Both the position numbers and the translations under genes were made by a program. Positions 37,256 to 49,856 of a stretch of DNA of 64,000 bases are shown here, piece after piece. How positions within the stretch are numbered: the stretch's first letter is position 1; each line of letters starts with the position of its first letter. The DNA is taken from the NCBI GenBank assembly GCA_043228905.1, contig JBHGNT010000009.1, positions 14,322,001-14,386,000 on the forward strand, given 5' to 3'. The notes beneath the pieces are model-generated. The model had not been told where the DNA came from. It did no database searches and worked only from the letters and a program-made list of their open reading frames with translations. The DNA comes from Azolla caroliniana (taxonomy: Eukaryota > Plantae > Polypodiophyta).

Positions 37256-40200
37256 TCATTCCTCTTTTAAGATGTCGAGGATGCTTTCGGGGTTCGGGGT
37301 GGTGGCAGGGTGGTCTAGTTGGACTGTCGGTGCGGGGGGTTGAGTTTGGTCCGGGGGTGGCATATCTTCTCGGGCGTCCGCCTCAGGTGCGGCCGATTCT
37401 TCTGGTGGGGGTGTGGGTTCGTGGGCGCTGACCTCTACTTCGACAGGATCTGGTACCGTGTGGGCATCCATGGGATGTCTGTTGGCCGGGGCAAGTTCCT
37501 CCTGTGCCGTGTCCGTGATCTCCTTGCTGGAAGGTTCTTCCTTCTGCTCTGTGGCCGTTGGAGGGCTGGTGGGGATGGTTGCGAGTCGTTCTCGTTCGAA
37601 GGCTTCTGTTTCCAGGGGAAACAACATCTGACCGTCATTGAAGTCCTCCATTATTTGCTCGATTGCCGCGGTGTGAGATTTTGCCAAGGACTGGTAATCC
37701 TTGGTTAAATCTGCACGCAGGTTTTGTATGCTGGCTTCGTCCATTTTGTAGAAACCGCGGCCCTCCTTCCGTTGGTTCTCGGCGTCGGCGAAAATATGCA
37801 ATTCGGTAGCTTGGGCTGCCCATTCATCTCTTGCGCGACTTAATGTTTCCTCGACCTTTTTGGTAAGGTGCTGGCGCTGTTTCTCGATCAGTATTCTGAT
37901 GCGTGTCTCATCCATGCCGGGTTGTGCACGGATGGCTGCTAATTCCTGTTTTAAGCCGTCGACCTCGACCTGAATCTTCTGTGTTCTTAGCTCATAGATG
38001 GCCTGAGTGTTCTTTGCATCTGCGGTTACGAGCTAGAGAGCCTGCTCGTAACGCTTGGTGAGTTCTTCGGTGGCTTGCTCCCATTCTTTTTGACACGTGG
38101 CCTGGATTTGTTCCCGTTCGACGATTCTCTCTTCTTGTAGGGCGAAGTAGGAATCCGATAATGCGTCTTTTTGCTCCGAAAGTAGCTTGCATTTGATGAA
38201 AAACTCGTCAGCCATTTCTTTAAGGGTCGTACGCTGACTCTGCAGCTCGGCATTCTCCGCGATCATCGTCTCCTCCCGTTGGCGATTTCTTTCCTCTTGC
38301 CGAAGGTTCTAGTCTTTCGCATTGTCGAGCGCGGCCTGTAGGTCTAGAACTTCCTTCTCTTTCTTCACCACTGTGGCTGCGTATTCCTCCAGCTTGCTTT
38401 TGAGTTCGGCTTCTTTGGCCGCGGCTTGCGCTTGTACCCGGCCCAGTGCTTCGTTCTGCTCGTCTATCCTTTGGTCGGCCTGGGCTCTAATCTCGGCCAT
38501 TTTCTTGGAAGCTTCTTCTTTTAGGCGATCCATCGCCTCTTGATGCCGTTGTTCGTGTCTCTCGGTTCACCGTTGTTCTTCTTTAAGCTCCGCGCGGTAA
38601 TCCCGGAGCGGGGGTTCTGTCTGGGTTGCCACCTCCTTGGGTGCACGAGGTGGTGGTATCTCGGTCTTCTCCATGGGCGTGGGCACCTCGGTTGTTGTGT
38701 AGGCATCGACCATTTGTAACGAGTCCGTTTTTGTACTGGCCTGCACCGTCAGGATTGAGTCGGTGATGGTGCTTTCATCCATCATTGTTATGTGTGGAGG
38801 TGCTGGGAGGGCCTCAGTGGTCTTGATCGGAAGGCTCAAGAGTTGTTGTTCCGGCTGGTTTTGCTCCCAGGCTGCCAGCTTCTGGTTCGCAGCTTGCCAT
38901 AATTCTGTAGCCATCTTAGCATGTTTTTGGGCTATTTTTATCTTTCGGGCCATGTCTTTGGCTGCCCGCGTAGTGCGATCCAGGTCCCGATATGCCTCGA
39001 TAAGGGCCGTGTTCAACTCGGGGACTTCCATGAGAAGAGCGGCCTGTTTTGCCTGCTTCTTCCTCCCGATTTTTTGTAAAGCCCTGTCCTCCTAGGGCTC
39101 AATTTCACCTATTAGCGCGCGTTGAATCATTTTTGTTTCGGCGTGCTCCTCCGCCATTCGAGCGGCTGCGGCGACTTGGGCTCTGGCGAGGAAGTCGACC
39201 AGCTCGAATGTCGTACCTAGGCGTAGGAGCGCACTAAATTCGTAAGCCTCCGCGGGGAGGTCCTTATACCCAAGGACTTCATCCTCCGAGATCTGTGTTG
39301 TCTGCCCATGCTCGATCTTTCTCTGGTTCAACGATGCCTCCTTAGGGGTGATGGCCAGGTTGCTCTATCGGACAACTAAGGCTTGCTCCTGTTGTGGCTC
39401 TTTCTGTTCTTCCGAGGACTCGCGGTTGAGTCGTCTTCTCTTGCTTGGTTGTGTTTGGGGTTCTGGGGCCGGTAGTGTCGTTTCCTCCGCCTGCTTCCTT
39501 TTCTGGGGTCGTGGTGGTGCAACATGCTGTGTGTTGGGGCGTGGGCTAGGCCTTGGGGACGTTACCGAGGGGCGCGACGTTGGCTGTCGAATGGTGATGT
39601 CATCGGCCGTGTTGTCTTCCGCGGCTACCTCCTCCTCGCATTCTTGGCAGGTTTCAGAAACTGCCCTTTTTTGTTGGGGTTGGGTGGGTGGTGGTGCAGG
39701 TGCGGGGTTTTGGTCGGCCGCAGGAGGTGAAGGCGATGTGGGCTCCTCCCATGCTTTGTGGCTGATGGCAACGAATTTCTCTCTCTGCCTTCGTGGTGGT
39801 GGTGGGGACGTGAGTGTGCGAGGGGAAGGAAGAGAAGAGGGTGGGTATAGAACCATCAAAAAGTGGGTAAGAACAGACAACATCTTCTTACCAGACTGAA
39901 ATGAAGCTAAGGCAGCGCGGAGTCCCTCGCCTGTGATGATTCCCCAATCGATTCTGTTTCCTTCATACGCGCTGATGATGATGGTTGCCTTGTTTTGTGG
40001 CATGCTCGTTGGGTTCGTATGCACGAACACATACTCCATTAATATACGAGCAATCTCCCCGAAAGCTTTGTTGGGACCGCCATACGTGCGATATGCCTTC
40101 CCTGAGGTTGAGTACTCACCGAAGTACGCCTTCATCTTTGATGCCGGGGGTATGTTGACCTCATGGTCCCCTCCCTGTTGCAGGTCCAAAACAGCCCGAA

Positions 40201-40348
40201 GCACGTTGTTGGTGATGGCTTCGGGAGTTATACGTTTAGCCACACCTTGGGCATCTGGGTGCGCGGGTGCATCGATGATCTTCAGGTAACCGCCCATTCC
40301 TCGTTCCTGGAGCCAGGCGCGGGTTTCTGTTGAGGCGGTAAGAGGCAT
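37256..40348 (-). pseudogene. Extra 3' ORF of D2 (about 1000 aa: globular N-terminal domain, Pro-rich linker, long coiled coil), disrupted
   Basis: Joined from ORF fragments at 40348-39365, 39331-39092, 39031-38567, 38533-38309, 38266-38033 and 37915-37256; homologous to the D1 extra ORF. Confidence 0.75.
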
Positions 40349-40788
40349 GGTGGAGATGGAGACGGGGTTCGACTGTGTGGAAGTGTGAAGAAGAGTGATA
40401 AGGCGAGGGCGAGACACAGGAGGAACAACAGGAAGGGGAAGTCCAGCAGAGGGGTTATGAGAGTGAAAGAGGGCTTGAGAGCAAGAGCGTTTAGCGTGAT
40501 GAGGGCGAGACGGGGTTTCTGAGCTTGAGAGCGATGGAGATGGGGAGCGATAATGGTCTGTGCTGCGTTTTGGAAATGGTTTTAGTAACTTACTCCTAGG
40601 GTTTTGTGCCTGAAGTGAATCCTGAAGATTCTGAGTCGTGGGTGCCATAATAAGTGACTAGCACCACATGTCCTGAAGGTGAGTGGGGCGCTTCTAGTGC
40701 TTTGCATGTGCTTAAATAGGTACTAATTGAGTGGTGGCGAGGGGTGCTCCTAAAATTGTGAGTGCCTAGGTGGGTGGTGTAGGTGTAG

Positions 40789-43700
40789 CTAATCAGTGGC
40801 TAAGCTATGGTTAATCCTACCTACTACTACTTTTATTAATTTCAAGAAGGTGGGTGAGTCCTTATTCAGGGGGACATGTGGCGTCCTCCGTGGTGGTCTC
40901 CGAGACTTGTTTGTGCCGTGTGGCTCGGTAAACGGGTTGGGTGGTGTAGTCCCTCGATATGGTCGAAGTCGGAAACCATTGGCCCAACTTTTGACAGTGT
41001 CGCCGGCGAGTGTGCCGAGCTGGAACGTCCTGTTGAACTCGTCGATAATCCAGAATGGACCGGTCCACCGAAATCTTAATTTTCCCGGCATTGACCCGAG
41101 TCGTGTTTGGAAAAGAAGAACTGGTTTGCCGATGGTGAGCTCCTTCTCCAGCCCGTGTCGATGTCGATCCACGAAAGCCTTGCGTTGCCGTTGGCGTTGT
41201 TCGAGCTGGGCCATACTCTCTATCCTATCTTCGCCGAGTTCGAGGAGTTGTTCCAGCCGGGATTGCTCGGATTGGGCCTCGGGAAGCCGTGCTTTGACTT
41301 GAACTCAGAGGCTCGGGACTTGGAACTCGACGGGCATTACGGCTTCTAACCCGAACGCCATTCGGAAGGGGGTCGATTGGATGCTTGTTTTGAAAGTCGT
41401 ACGATATGCCCACAACGCGCTCTGGAGTTTGTCATCCCAATCGGTCCTGTTTTCATTGACGATCTTCTTCAGTATGGTTTGGAGGATTTTATTGGTCGAT
41501 TCCGCCAAGCCGTTCGCCTGCGGGTAGTATGGTGTGCTTTTCTTGTGCACCACCGCGTAGTGGTGTGTAAGCTCACGTATTATATGATTGATGAAGTGCC
41601 CACCTTGGTCACTAACGAGCTCGATTGGGCATCCGTAACGGCACCAGAGGTGCTTGTACACAAATTTAGCCGTGGATGCCGCTGTGTTATCTCGGAGTGC
41701 CTTAGCCTCGACCCATTTGGTGCAGTAATCCGTGGCAACGATAATATAATTATTCCTTGTTCGGGCCGCGGGTGGTTTGAAAGGGCCTACAAAATCCAAA
41801 CCCCATTTTTGAAATGGGTCCAACGGAAGAATCTGCTGGTGTGGCATCCGTGACTGTTCCATTGGTTGCCCCAATCGTTGGCACAAATCGCACTGCCGGC
41901 AAAACTCGTGAGCGTCTTTCTTCGTTGTCGGCCACCACAATCCACTTTGCCAAACTTTCCTTGCCGTGGAATCCCCGGTGTAGTGCCCCCCAGCTACTCC
42001 TTGGTGGGCTTCCTGAAGAACGGCGTTCTTCTCGAATTGCTGAATCGCTCGGCGCCATATGTCGTCCGAGCCTTTGTGGTAGAGAATGTCCGAGACGAGG
42101 CAAAAATTCCGGCTATGCACTGTAGGCGTTTTCTCGTGTCAAGGGTCATGTGCTCGGGAGGTACACCGGTAGTGAGAAAATGGGTCATCTCCGTGATCCA
42201 TTCATCTCCGTTATCGTCTGGTATTGTCGTCAGGTTAAATAGGCTGGCGTCCGGTAGGTCTTCGTACGTTGTTTTTGCCGGTTCTCTTGACTCAAGATGG
42301 CTCAAGTAGTCGGCGACGGCATGTTATACCCCGGGTCGATGTTGAATCTGGAAATCAAACTCTTGTTGTAGGAGCGTCCACAGAGCCAACCGTCTGGTAA
42401 GGGCTTGCTTATTGACCAAATAAAGAAGGGCCGAGTGATCCACGTGAAAGGTAAATTTTCGGCCCAAGAGGTAATGCCGAAATTTATTGATGCTATAAAT
42501 CATACCAAGGGCCTCCCGCTCGGTGGTGGAGTAATTCTTTTCCGCGGTCGAGAGCTGTCGGCTGGCGTAGTACACGGGCCTATACCAATTCGGGGGTGTG
42601 CATTGCATTAGGGCACTTCCGATGGCGATGTCCGAAGCATCTACGAAGACATGAAACGGTTCGGACCAAACCGGAGACTAGACCACCGGGGCATGTGACA
42701 ACATTCGTTTCAGGGTCTGATAGGCTGTGTCCTCGATTGACGTCCATTGGAAAAGAAGGCGATGGACTGCCTTGTGTAAGGGTGTCGCGAAATCTGCCAG
42801 GTGTCGTATCATTCGGCTATGCCACCGGATCTGTCCCAAAAAACGGCTTAGTGCCTTAGCGTTCGAGGGTGCGGTGGCATTCAGGATTGCCTTTACTTTA
42901 TCCGGGTCCATAGCGATGCCTTCTTGACTGACAATGTGGCCGAGAAGGTTGCCGCTGGTGACTAAGAACGCGCATTTTGCCGGGTTTAAACTCAATCGAG
43001 CTTGGCGACATCGGTCCAGGCAAAGTCGTAACTGGGTTATGTGTTCCCGTCGATGGCCATACACGGCGAAATCGTCGAGAAAGACTTGCATGAACGCCGG
43101 GATGTAGTCATGAAAGATTTCGGTGATGATGCGCTGGAACGTAGCCGGCAATGTTTTTAGACCGAACATCATAACTTCTGCTACAAAAACACCCCATTCC
43201 GTGACGAAAGCGGTTTTCTCCTGATCTTCCGGGTGCATTCTTATCTGGTTATAGCCGCTGAACCTGTCGAGGAAACTGTAGCATTCGTGGCCGGCTAACG
43301 TGTCGAGGACGCTATCCGTGAATGGGAGAGGGAAACCATTGGTGACTGTTGCCGCGTTAAGCTTCCGATAGTCGACGCAGACGCGGATTTTTCCGTTCTT
43401 CTTTGGGAACACTACGATCGGGCTCAACCATGTAGCCCGTTTAACAGGGCGAATGAAGCCCACTCGGAGTAGTTTGTCAATTTCCTCTTTGACTTTAGCG
43501 GTGTAGTTGGGGTTCATCCTGTAGCGCCTCTGCTGAACCGGCCGAGTGTCGGGTAAGATGTGAATTTGATGTTGGTAGTATTGAGGATCCAACCCCTTCA
43601 TATCGGTGTAAGACCAAGCGAAAACATCCTGGTAGTCGGTGAGTAATTTTACGAGGCATGCCCGTTCTCCGGTTGGTAGATTATTGGCAATTTGTACCGT

Positions 43701-46028
43701 ACGGGGATTCTCGTCCGAACCGAGGTTTATTGTTTCCAGGGTTGATGCTTTCACTCATTGTGAAATGGCGAGTTCGCGTCCGAAAGCCTCCCGAGCATGA
43801 CGTAGCTCGGCAACTGTGGTTGCATCTGGTTCCTCCTGGGGTGGTGACTCCTCTGTGACTTCCTCGTCTTTAGATGGCTCGGTGGTTGGTAAGGCATTGA
43901 TTTCGAAGAGAGGGATGATCGTGGGATGATCATCTAGGAAGTCATCGACCTCCTCATCGGCCAACCCGTCGAGCATATGGACCCCTTCCGCGTATAACGG
44001 CGAAGTGTTGAGGGCGACGGGGACTCGTTCTTCAGTGATGATTCGGAATTTTGTCTTTCCTCTTCGGAACGAGATCATGTTGCATTGCCAATGTTGCTTG
44101 ATATTCGCTGTACGCAACCATGGTTGACCTAGTAACATTGGGTAGGTGCCTTGTGTCTCCAGTCGTAGCACGACGGTTGAGATCGTGAACATGTGGCCTC
44201 CGAGTGTGAAGTCGAGATGGCGGATTAAACCAATGGGGCGAACAGAGTGGGTGTCGGCCATCCGAAGCCAAAAGGGGCATGGTTCCCATTGATTCAAGCC
44301 GAGGTTGAGACACGTTGACTCGCTAATAATGTTTACGCCGGATCTGCCGTCGATGATGCATCCGTGGAGGTCTTGTCCCTTAATGATGATTCGCACGGCT
44401 GGGTTCTGAGAATCCATGAGTGGTGGACCGGTTCCTGCTTCGGTGAGGTGTAACGGTGGCGTCATGGGCTTAGTATTGGCCTGGAGTGCCGCCAGGGTGT
44501 CCCGAAATCTCGGCATGAGTGGTAGCAGTTTATGTAGGGGCAGCAAGATGCGGGAGTTGGTAAGAACATCCCATAGCTGGTCGTCCTCTGACGACGTGGA
44601 TGGTGCCGAGGTTTGTGGTACTTCACTGGGCCCATCTCTCATGTCAGTTTGCATGCGTACAACATTATTTTTATTGGCCGTGTCGATCCATTCTTTTGCT
44701 GCCTGACGTACTTCATCCTGGATTTGCCACTGAGTAGTCTACGCTTTACTCCGGGTAGTGACCGTTTGAACATCGGCCATGATACTGTTCACCGCGGGTG
44801 CCTTGCCACAGTTGGTTGTCGGACATTGCGTGGCGTAGTGGCCTGGTTGATTACATTTAAAACATGTCATGTTGGCCGAGCTGCTGGTGTCCGCTTGGTC
44901 TATGTGTGGAAGCTGTTGTTGTTGATTCTCGGTCTCGTTTGGTGCTGGGTTGTTCCGAGGTGCGTTGGAGTTGCGCTGGTCATTTTGAGGAGCGTCCCGT
45001 CGGCGGTTGTAATTAGGTCTTCTATTGTTGCGTGTGTTGCGGTTGCCGTTTCGCTGATCAATGCGTGAGTTCCGTCGGTCATACCGGTCATCGCGATCGT
45101 CATCATATCGGGCATAATCGTCGTGCCGGTCATCGCGATAATGATCACGGCGGTTATCATGTCGGTAGTCGTCGTCTCGGCGCCGTCGATCTAGGGATCG
45201 CGGTTGGTCGTTATCCTGGTCTTGGTAGATATATTGCTTGCCCTGCCGAGAGTATGTATTTCGTGGCTCAATCTGGCGGACCGGTGCCGCCGTTGTGCGG
45301 TTCAACATATTATATTCGCACTGCTCTACCGTGTGAGCTTGAGACTGACAGATCAGACACTGTGGTCGGTGGGGACATTCGAGGGCCAGGTGCCCTGATC
45401 CTGAACACGCAGTGCATTGGAGGGCTTGGCGAAAGCGATTGTCCTCTTAGGGAAGAGCGTTTTGCAAGGATGTCGTCGAGAAGACCGTGTCGTGCTGGTT
45501 CCAATCGAGGGCGAGAACGCGCGCTATGACTTGTTCGATAGTATGGTTGGCGAAATTTGTAAGTGCGAGAGTCGTTTGTAGAGGCTCTCGTAAACTGGAT
45601 AGGAAAGTGTCCGGTATATGTTGTGCCGAGACATCATCGGCCACTTGTTTGTAGAGATCCTGGAACCGGATCGTGAACTGCGCGACTGTTTCGTGCGGTT
45701 CCTGGCATATAAAGAAGAATTGCCGGAGCAGTTCCCGTTTAGGCACCTCGCGATGAAAAAGTTCAAGGAACTTTGTGCGCACGATTTGGAAAGTGGTCGC
45801 CTCTCCTATTTCGAGGCGAGAGTACCATCGTGTGTCCGGTCCATCGAGGGAGAGTGTGAACTCGGCAATCTTCGAGGCATCGATTTCGGCCGGCGTGAGG
45901 CGGTGCGTGGAGTGGTTAGCCTGCCACGTGGATATGAAGGCACGGACGTGTGACTCTGCGTCTGGTCCGTCGGTGTATCGTGGGTATGGGTACGACATGA
46001 TGTCGTACTGTGGGTCTTCTGGTAGCAT
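40789..46028 (-). pseudogene. gag-pol of D2 (disrupted)
   Basis: Gag DAESHVRAFISTWQANH, CFKCNQPGHYATQC, protease IIDGRSGVN, RT FLDDFAVYG, RNase H TEREAL, integrase GLDFVGP, C-terminal WTGPF module; no chromodomain. Confidence 0.9.
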
Positions 46029-46999
46029 CGGAAAAGGGTTTAGTTCCGGTTGATTGACCTACGGAGGGCTTGACGAGGGTTCTGGTGGTGAATCAACTCG
46101 CGATCGAGTGTCCGGTGGCGAGGATTGCACTGGACAAGCCTCCGATTGATCAGGAAAGGATTGGTCAGTGACCGCCGAGTCGGAAGTTCCTTCGACTGGC
46201 TCAGGGCGTCGAGCGGGTGGCCGAGACCTCGTGGTGCGAGAGGGCGCCGTAACGGCGGCTGGTGGTTACCTTCAACGAAGTTCGCTGTGCACTCACAGCT
46301 ATAACCGGGCGTGCCAAATTGTGTTACCCGTTCCTTTGGGTGAACACCTTCGATAGATCTGCGGCTATCGGTCTTCAAGGGCGTGGTACGTGAAGGCTCG
46401 TAATAGAGGCGTCGAGAGAGATACAGGGCTCAGAGAGAAAACACTAGCGAGGTCTTGATAGACGTGGGCGGCGTTGAACTCATAGGTATGGATCAAAGCA
46501 CAGACTCATGCAGCAAAATGGGCACAACTCAGATATATTACTATGATAGAAAAGATTACAGAACACGGCCTATGGCCAGTGACCTTGCAAGTTTATCTAA
46601 TTACGAAGGACTAAGCTAGTGCTTCCGCCTATATTTTTCTTCTCTCCCTCTCTGAGGTACTGGTCCTCGTTTAAATAACTTTTCCCCTAATACACAGCCG
46701 AGCCGTCGGTGGCCCGTGATACTCGGACTCGGCGTTTGCTAATTTCCTAATTTTACATTTCTGTCCTCTGGACAACAGTGCACACACTCGAAAAAGGCAC
46801 CAGAATGCATAGAGAAAAACCACTGTGCGTGGAGACCCTCTACTTTCGCGAACCCAGGAGCACAGAAGCACCAAGGCGCTGGAAGATCATCAAACGAGAA
46901 CCTACGCACAGAGAACCCCCGCTTTCTGAACTCTCTCTCTCACAATCTCACTCTCATCACCATCCAACCTCGCCACCACAATCCGACCTCGACACAGAC

Positions 47000-49856
47000 A
47001 TGGACCCGCAAAAGTTGTCGGAAGCCGCCAAGAAATGGCTAAAGCAACACGGGCTCGAGGGCTTCTTGATGATTATGGAGGTACCGCCACACAAAGAAGC
47101 CGACAAGGTGATCAAAGAAATCGACACAGAGGTCATAACGGCGGAGGCGATCCGAGCGTTAATAGGCCTTCCGGAGGGAGGCATACTCACGATTGACAAT
47201 CCGAACTCGGAGCAACTCATCAAGTATTTTGGTGAGTACTCCCTAGCCATCAAGGGCTACCGGACATAGGGTGACGGAGATATGCTGTTCCGCGAGATTG
47301 CTCGTGTGCTCCACGAATACGGCCATGTGTACCTAGACCCCCCGTCATGCCGCAGAACCGGGCAGGGATGATCATCGCCACCTATGAAGGGATCAAGGTG
47401 GATTGGCCGGTATTGATCGCAGACGGTTTGTGTGCGGCGATCGAGATCGTCAAAGGCAAAGACGACAAAGAAGGCCGAGACAGACGGAGGATATGGCACG
47501 CCGTAACGCAGTGGTTCACCTTGCTTGTGCCACCCGTCCAGCCCAAGAAGCGGGGAAGAGTGGTAGACGGCACCCCAAAGACTGCTTCCAAAAGACAACA
47601 GCTGTTGGCCTCTAAGGCCACTAAGGGGAAGGCGGCGGACACAGAACAGGTGGGAAAGGAGAGCACCAGCCGGAAGCGGCCAACGGATGCGCAGGAGGAA
47701 CCACCGGTACGGCCCATAAAGGTTACACTCTGCCGACCGGTGAATAGAGAAGCGGACCCCTTGGCGGCAAAACTCAATGCCAGGACTCAGGAAGAGGAAA
47801 TAGAGGAGGAGCCTACAGAGCACCTCCAGCGACGGTCTTCGGCAAGGACCGTTGAGGCAGCCGGGAAACGTTCGGACCCTCAGACGGAGGGAACACCGGC
47901 TCCCCATACTGAGACTCCCACGCCAAGGGAGGAACCGGAACCGGTGCGCATGACACCGGAATCAGAAGCCCCTGCACCACCGGCAGCACCGGCAAGTCCC
48001 ATACCGCTAGAACCGGAAAGGTCAATACAGCCTCCCTCGGCCAACCAAGAAGAAGCGCAAGGGGAACCAGGACAGCAGGGTGGTCCACGGGCAGAAACGA
48101 AATTGCAACTCGGCGCAATCAGGCAGGACCACCCATCTACAAGCGAGCCCATCTGTCAAACCTCTGTGCAAGCACAACAACAATGCACCGGTAGCCTGTG
48201 GCTCCGGTGGATAGGCGAATAGATTGCCAGAGCAGTGGGGTATATTGAGGCGGAAGAAAGAGCGCAAAGCGAACGGTTGCTTGTCACAACCGAACAACTA
48301 GAGACGGCCCGGTCCAGAATCCGGTGCCTTGAAAAAGACTTGGATCAGGTCATGGCAGAGATGGCCAAAATGGCCTTAACGGCAACACAGATCCAATCAC
48401 CGGTGACTCCAGTAAGTGTACAGAATAAAGAACCAGACCAACCTGTACATACTAATAAGACCCCGGCAACGGAACCCGTCACAGAGAGAGATGCTGCGCA
48501 AGCCCAAGAGCTTGCGGAATTGAGAGATGAACTTGCCGCACAAGAAGCGCTAAGGAGCCGTGAACGGGAATTGAAGACAGCGGCCGAAGCAGAATTAAAG
48601 AAGACTGTTGAGAACCTCCGCCGGGCAGAGGAGAGCCTCCGGAAAGGCCATCAAGCGTACGATCGGCTAAGGGAGGAAAAAGACAAAGTGCTGCAGGAAA
48701 AGGACAAGTTGCGGAAGACGGCGGAAACGGAAATTGAACGGCTAAAGAAGGAGCTCCACCAGCAGAAGGACCGCGAGGACCGGGCCCATCGACAGATCAA
48801 CGCACGGCTCAAGCAAAAGACAGATGATTTTGAGCACCTGCACCGGGACTACAAACGGCTGGAAACGGAGCATAAGGAACGGGTGGCCGAGCTCTAGTAG
48901 GAAGTGGATCGGGCCGCGACGGCGCTCGCCGACGAACGAGCGGAAAATACAAGAGGGTTGGACGAGGCGGAGAAGGTTCGGACTGATCTCCAGAAGCAGC
49001 AGCAGGAAGAAAAGGAGAGAGCGTCAACGGTATTGCAAAAATTACTAAGCACATATCAAAGGCAATTGACGCATTACAAGGAGCAGGTGGAAGACAACGT
49101 CAAAATCATCAAGCAATTGAAGGAGGAACGGCAAGCTGCGGAGATCAAATTGCAGTGGGAATGGGCCGGATTCAGTGCATCCTTCGGGCATGGCTGAATC
49201 AGACAAAACGCTTGATTGACGAAAGCTCCGTAAGATGGTGGACAAAGTGGGCACAAAATGCGGCGGAACTCCAATTGCTACGGGCAGACGTGGCAAACCG
49301 GCGGAAGGAAGGAGATGATTGTTACACGTTGACTTCCGAGGACTTCACCGCCATACGGGACGAGCTGGCCGACGACTTCCAAGTCCTGGCGGATGAATAG
49401 CTGGCGCAAGTCCGACAACTCGTAGCTCAGCTAGACGATGATAGGCTGGACGCTCAAATCCAGTTTGAAAGCTACGAGCGGTCTCGGGTTCGGGAAGAAA
49501 AAGCACGGGAAGCGGCAACGGTTAACCTTAGTGATGAGGAACCGTCGCCGACCGAGGGCCAACCCGGAACCAGTCAACCGGAGACCACTACGACGGAGGG
49601 AGCAACGACGGAGACGCCGGTGTCAGAGCAACAAACGGAGGAGCAGCCGCAACAGCCACCAAAGGACCACTCGCAGCAGCTATCAACGGAGCAGCAACAA
49701 CAGCAGCAACAACAGCAACCACAACAACAACAACAACCAATTCCAGATGAACCATTGGAGACTCTCGAACAAAGCATTTTGGATATTTTGGATGAAGAAT
49801 ACAAAGGGTCGGATGTGGATTCGACGTACAAGGTACTGTCCCACGGGCGTGCCATG
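47000..49856 (+). pseudogene. Extra 3' ORF of D1 (about 950 aa), disrupted
   Basis: MDPQKLSEAAKKWLKQHGLEGFL...YFGEYS...YRT...EIARVLHEY...MPQNRAGMIIATYEGIKVDW; E/K/Q-rich coiled coil at 48235-49500; poly-Q; SILDILDEE. Confidence 0.75.
49815..49854 (+). other. tRNA-Arg-like T-arm and 3' acceptor motif in the PPT position of D1 (inverted bipartite PBS)
   Basis: GTGGATTCGA-CGTACAAGGTACT-GTCCCACGGGCGTGCCA, then 2 nt (TG), then the LTR TGTTACC. Confidence 0.75.

Larger units (their letters stand above)
36702..46777 (-). mobile_element. Element D2: non-chromovirus Ty3/gypsy related to D1; LTRs 46777-46322 and 37157-36702
   Basis: TSD GTGCA (36697-36701, 46778-46782); 456-bp LTRs differ at about 10 positions (manual count); PBS TGGCACGCCCGG at 46316-46305; no PPT. 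Confidence 0.95.

Noticed and set aside
37160-49854. Annotating the two tRNA-like motifs as tRNA genes
   Set aside because: Only the T-arm and 3' acceptor strand are present, interrupted by an insert and with an encoded CCA; there is no D-arm, anticodon arm or A box.
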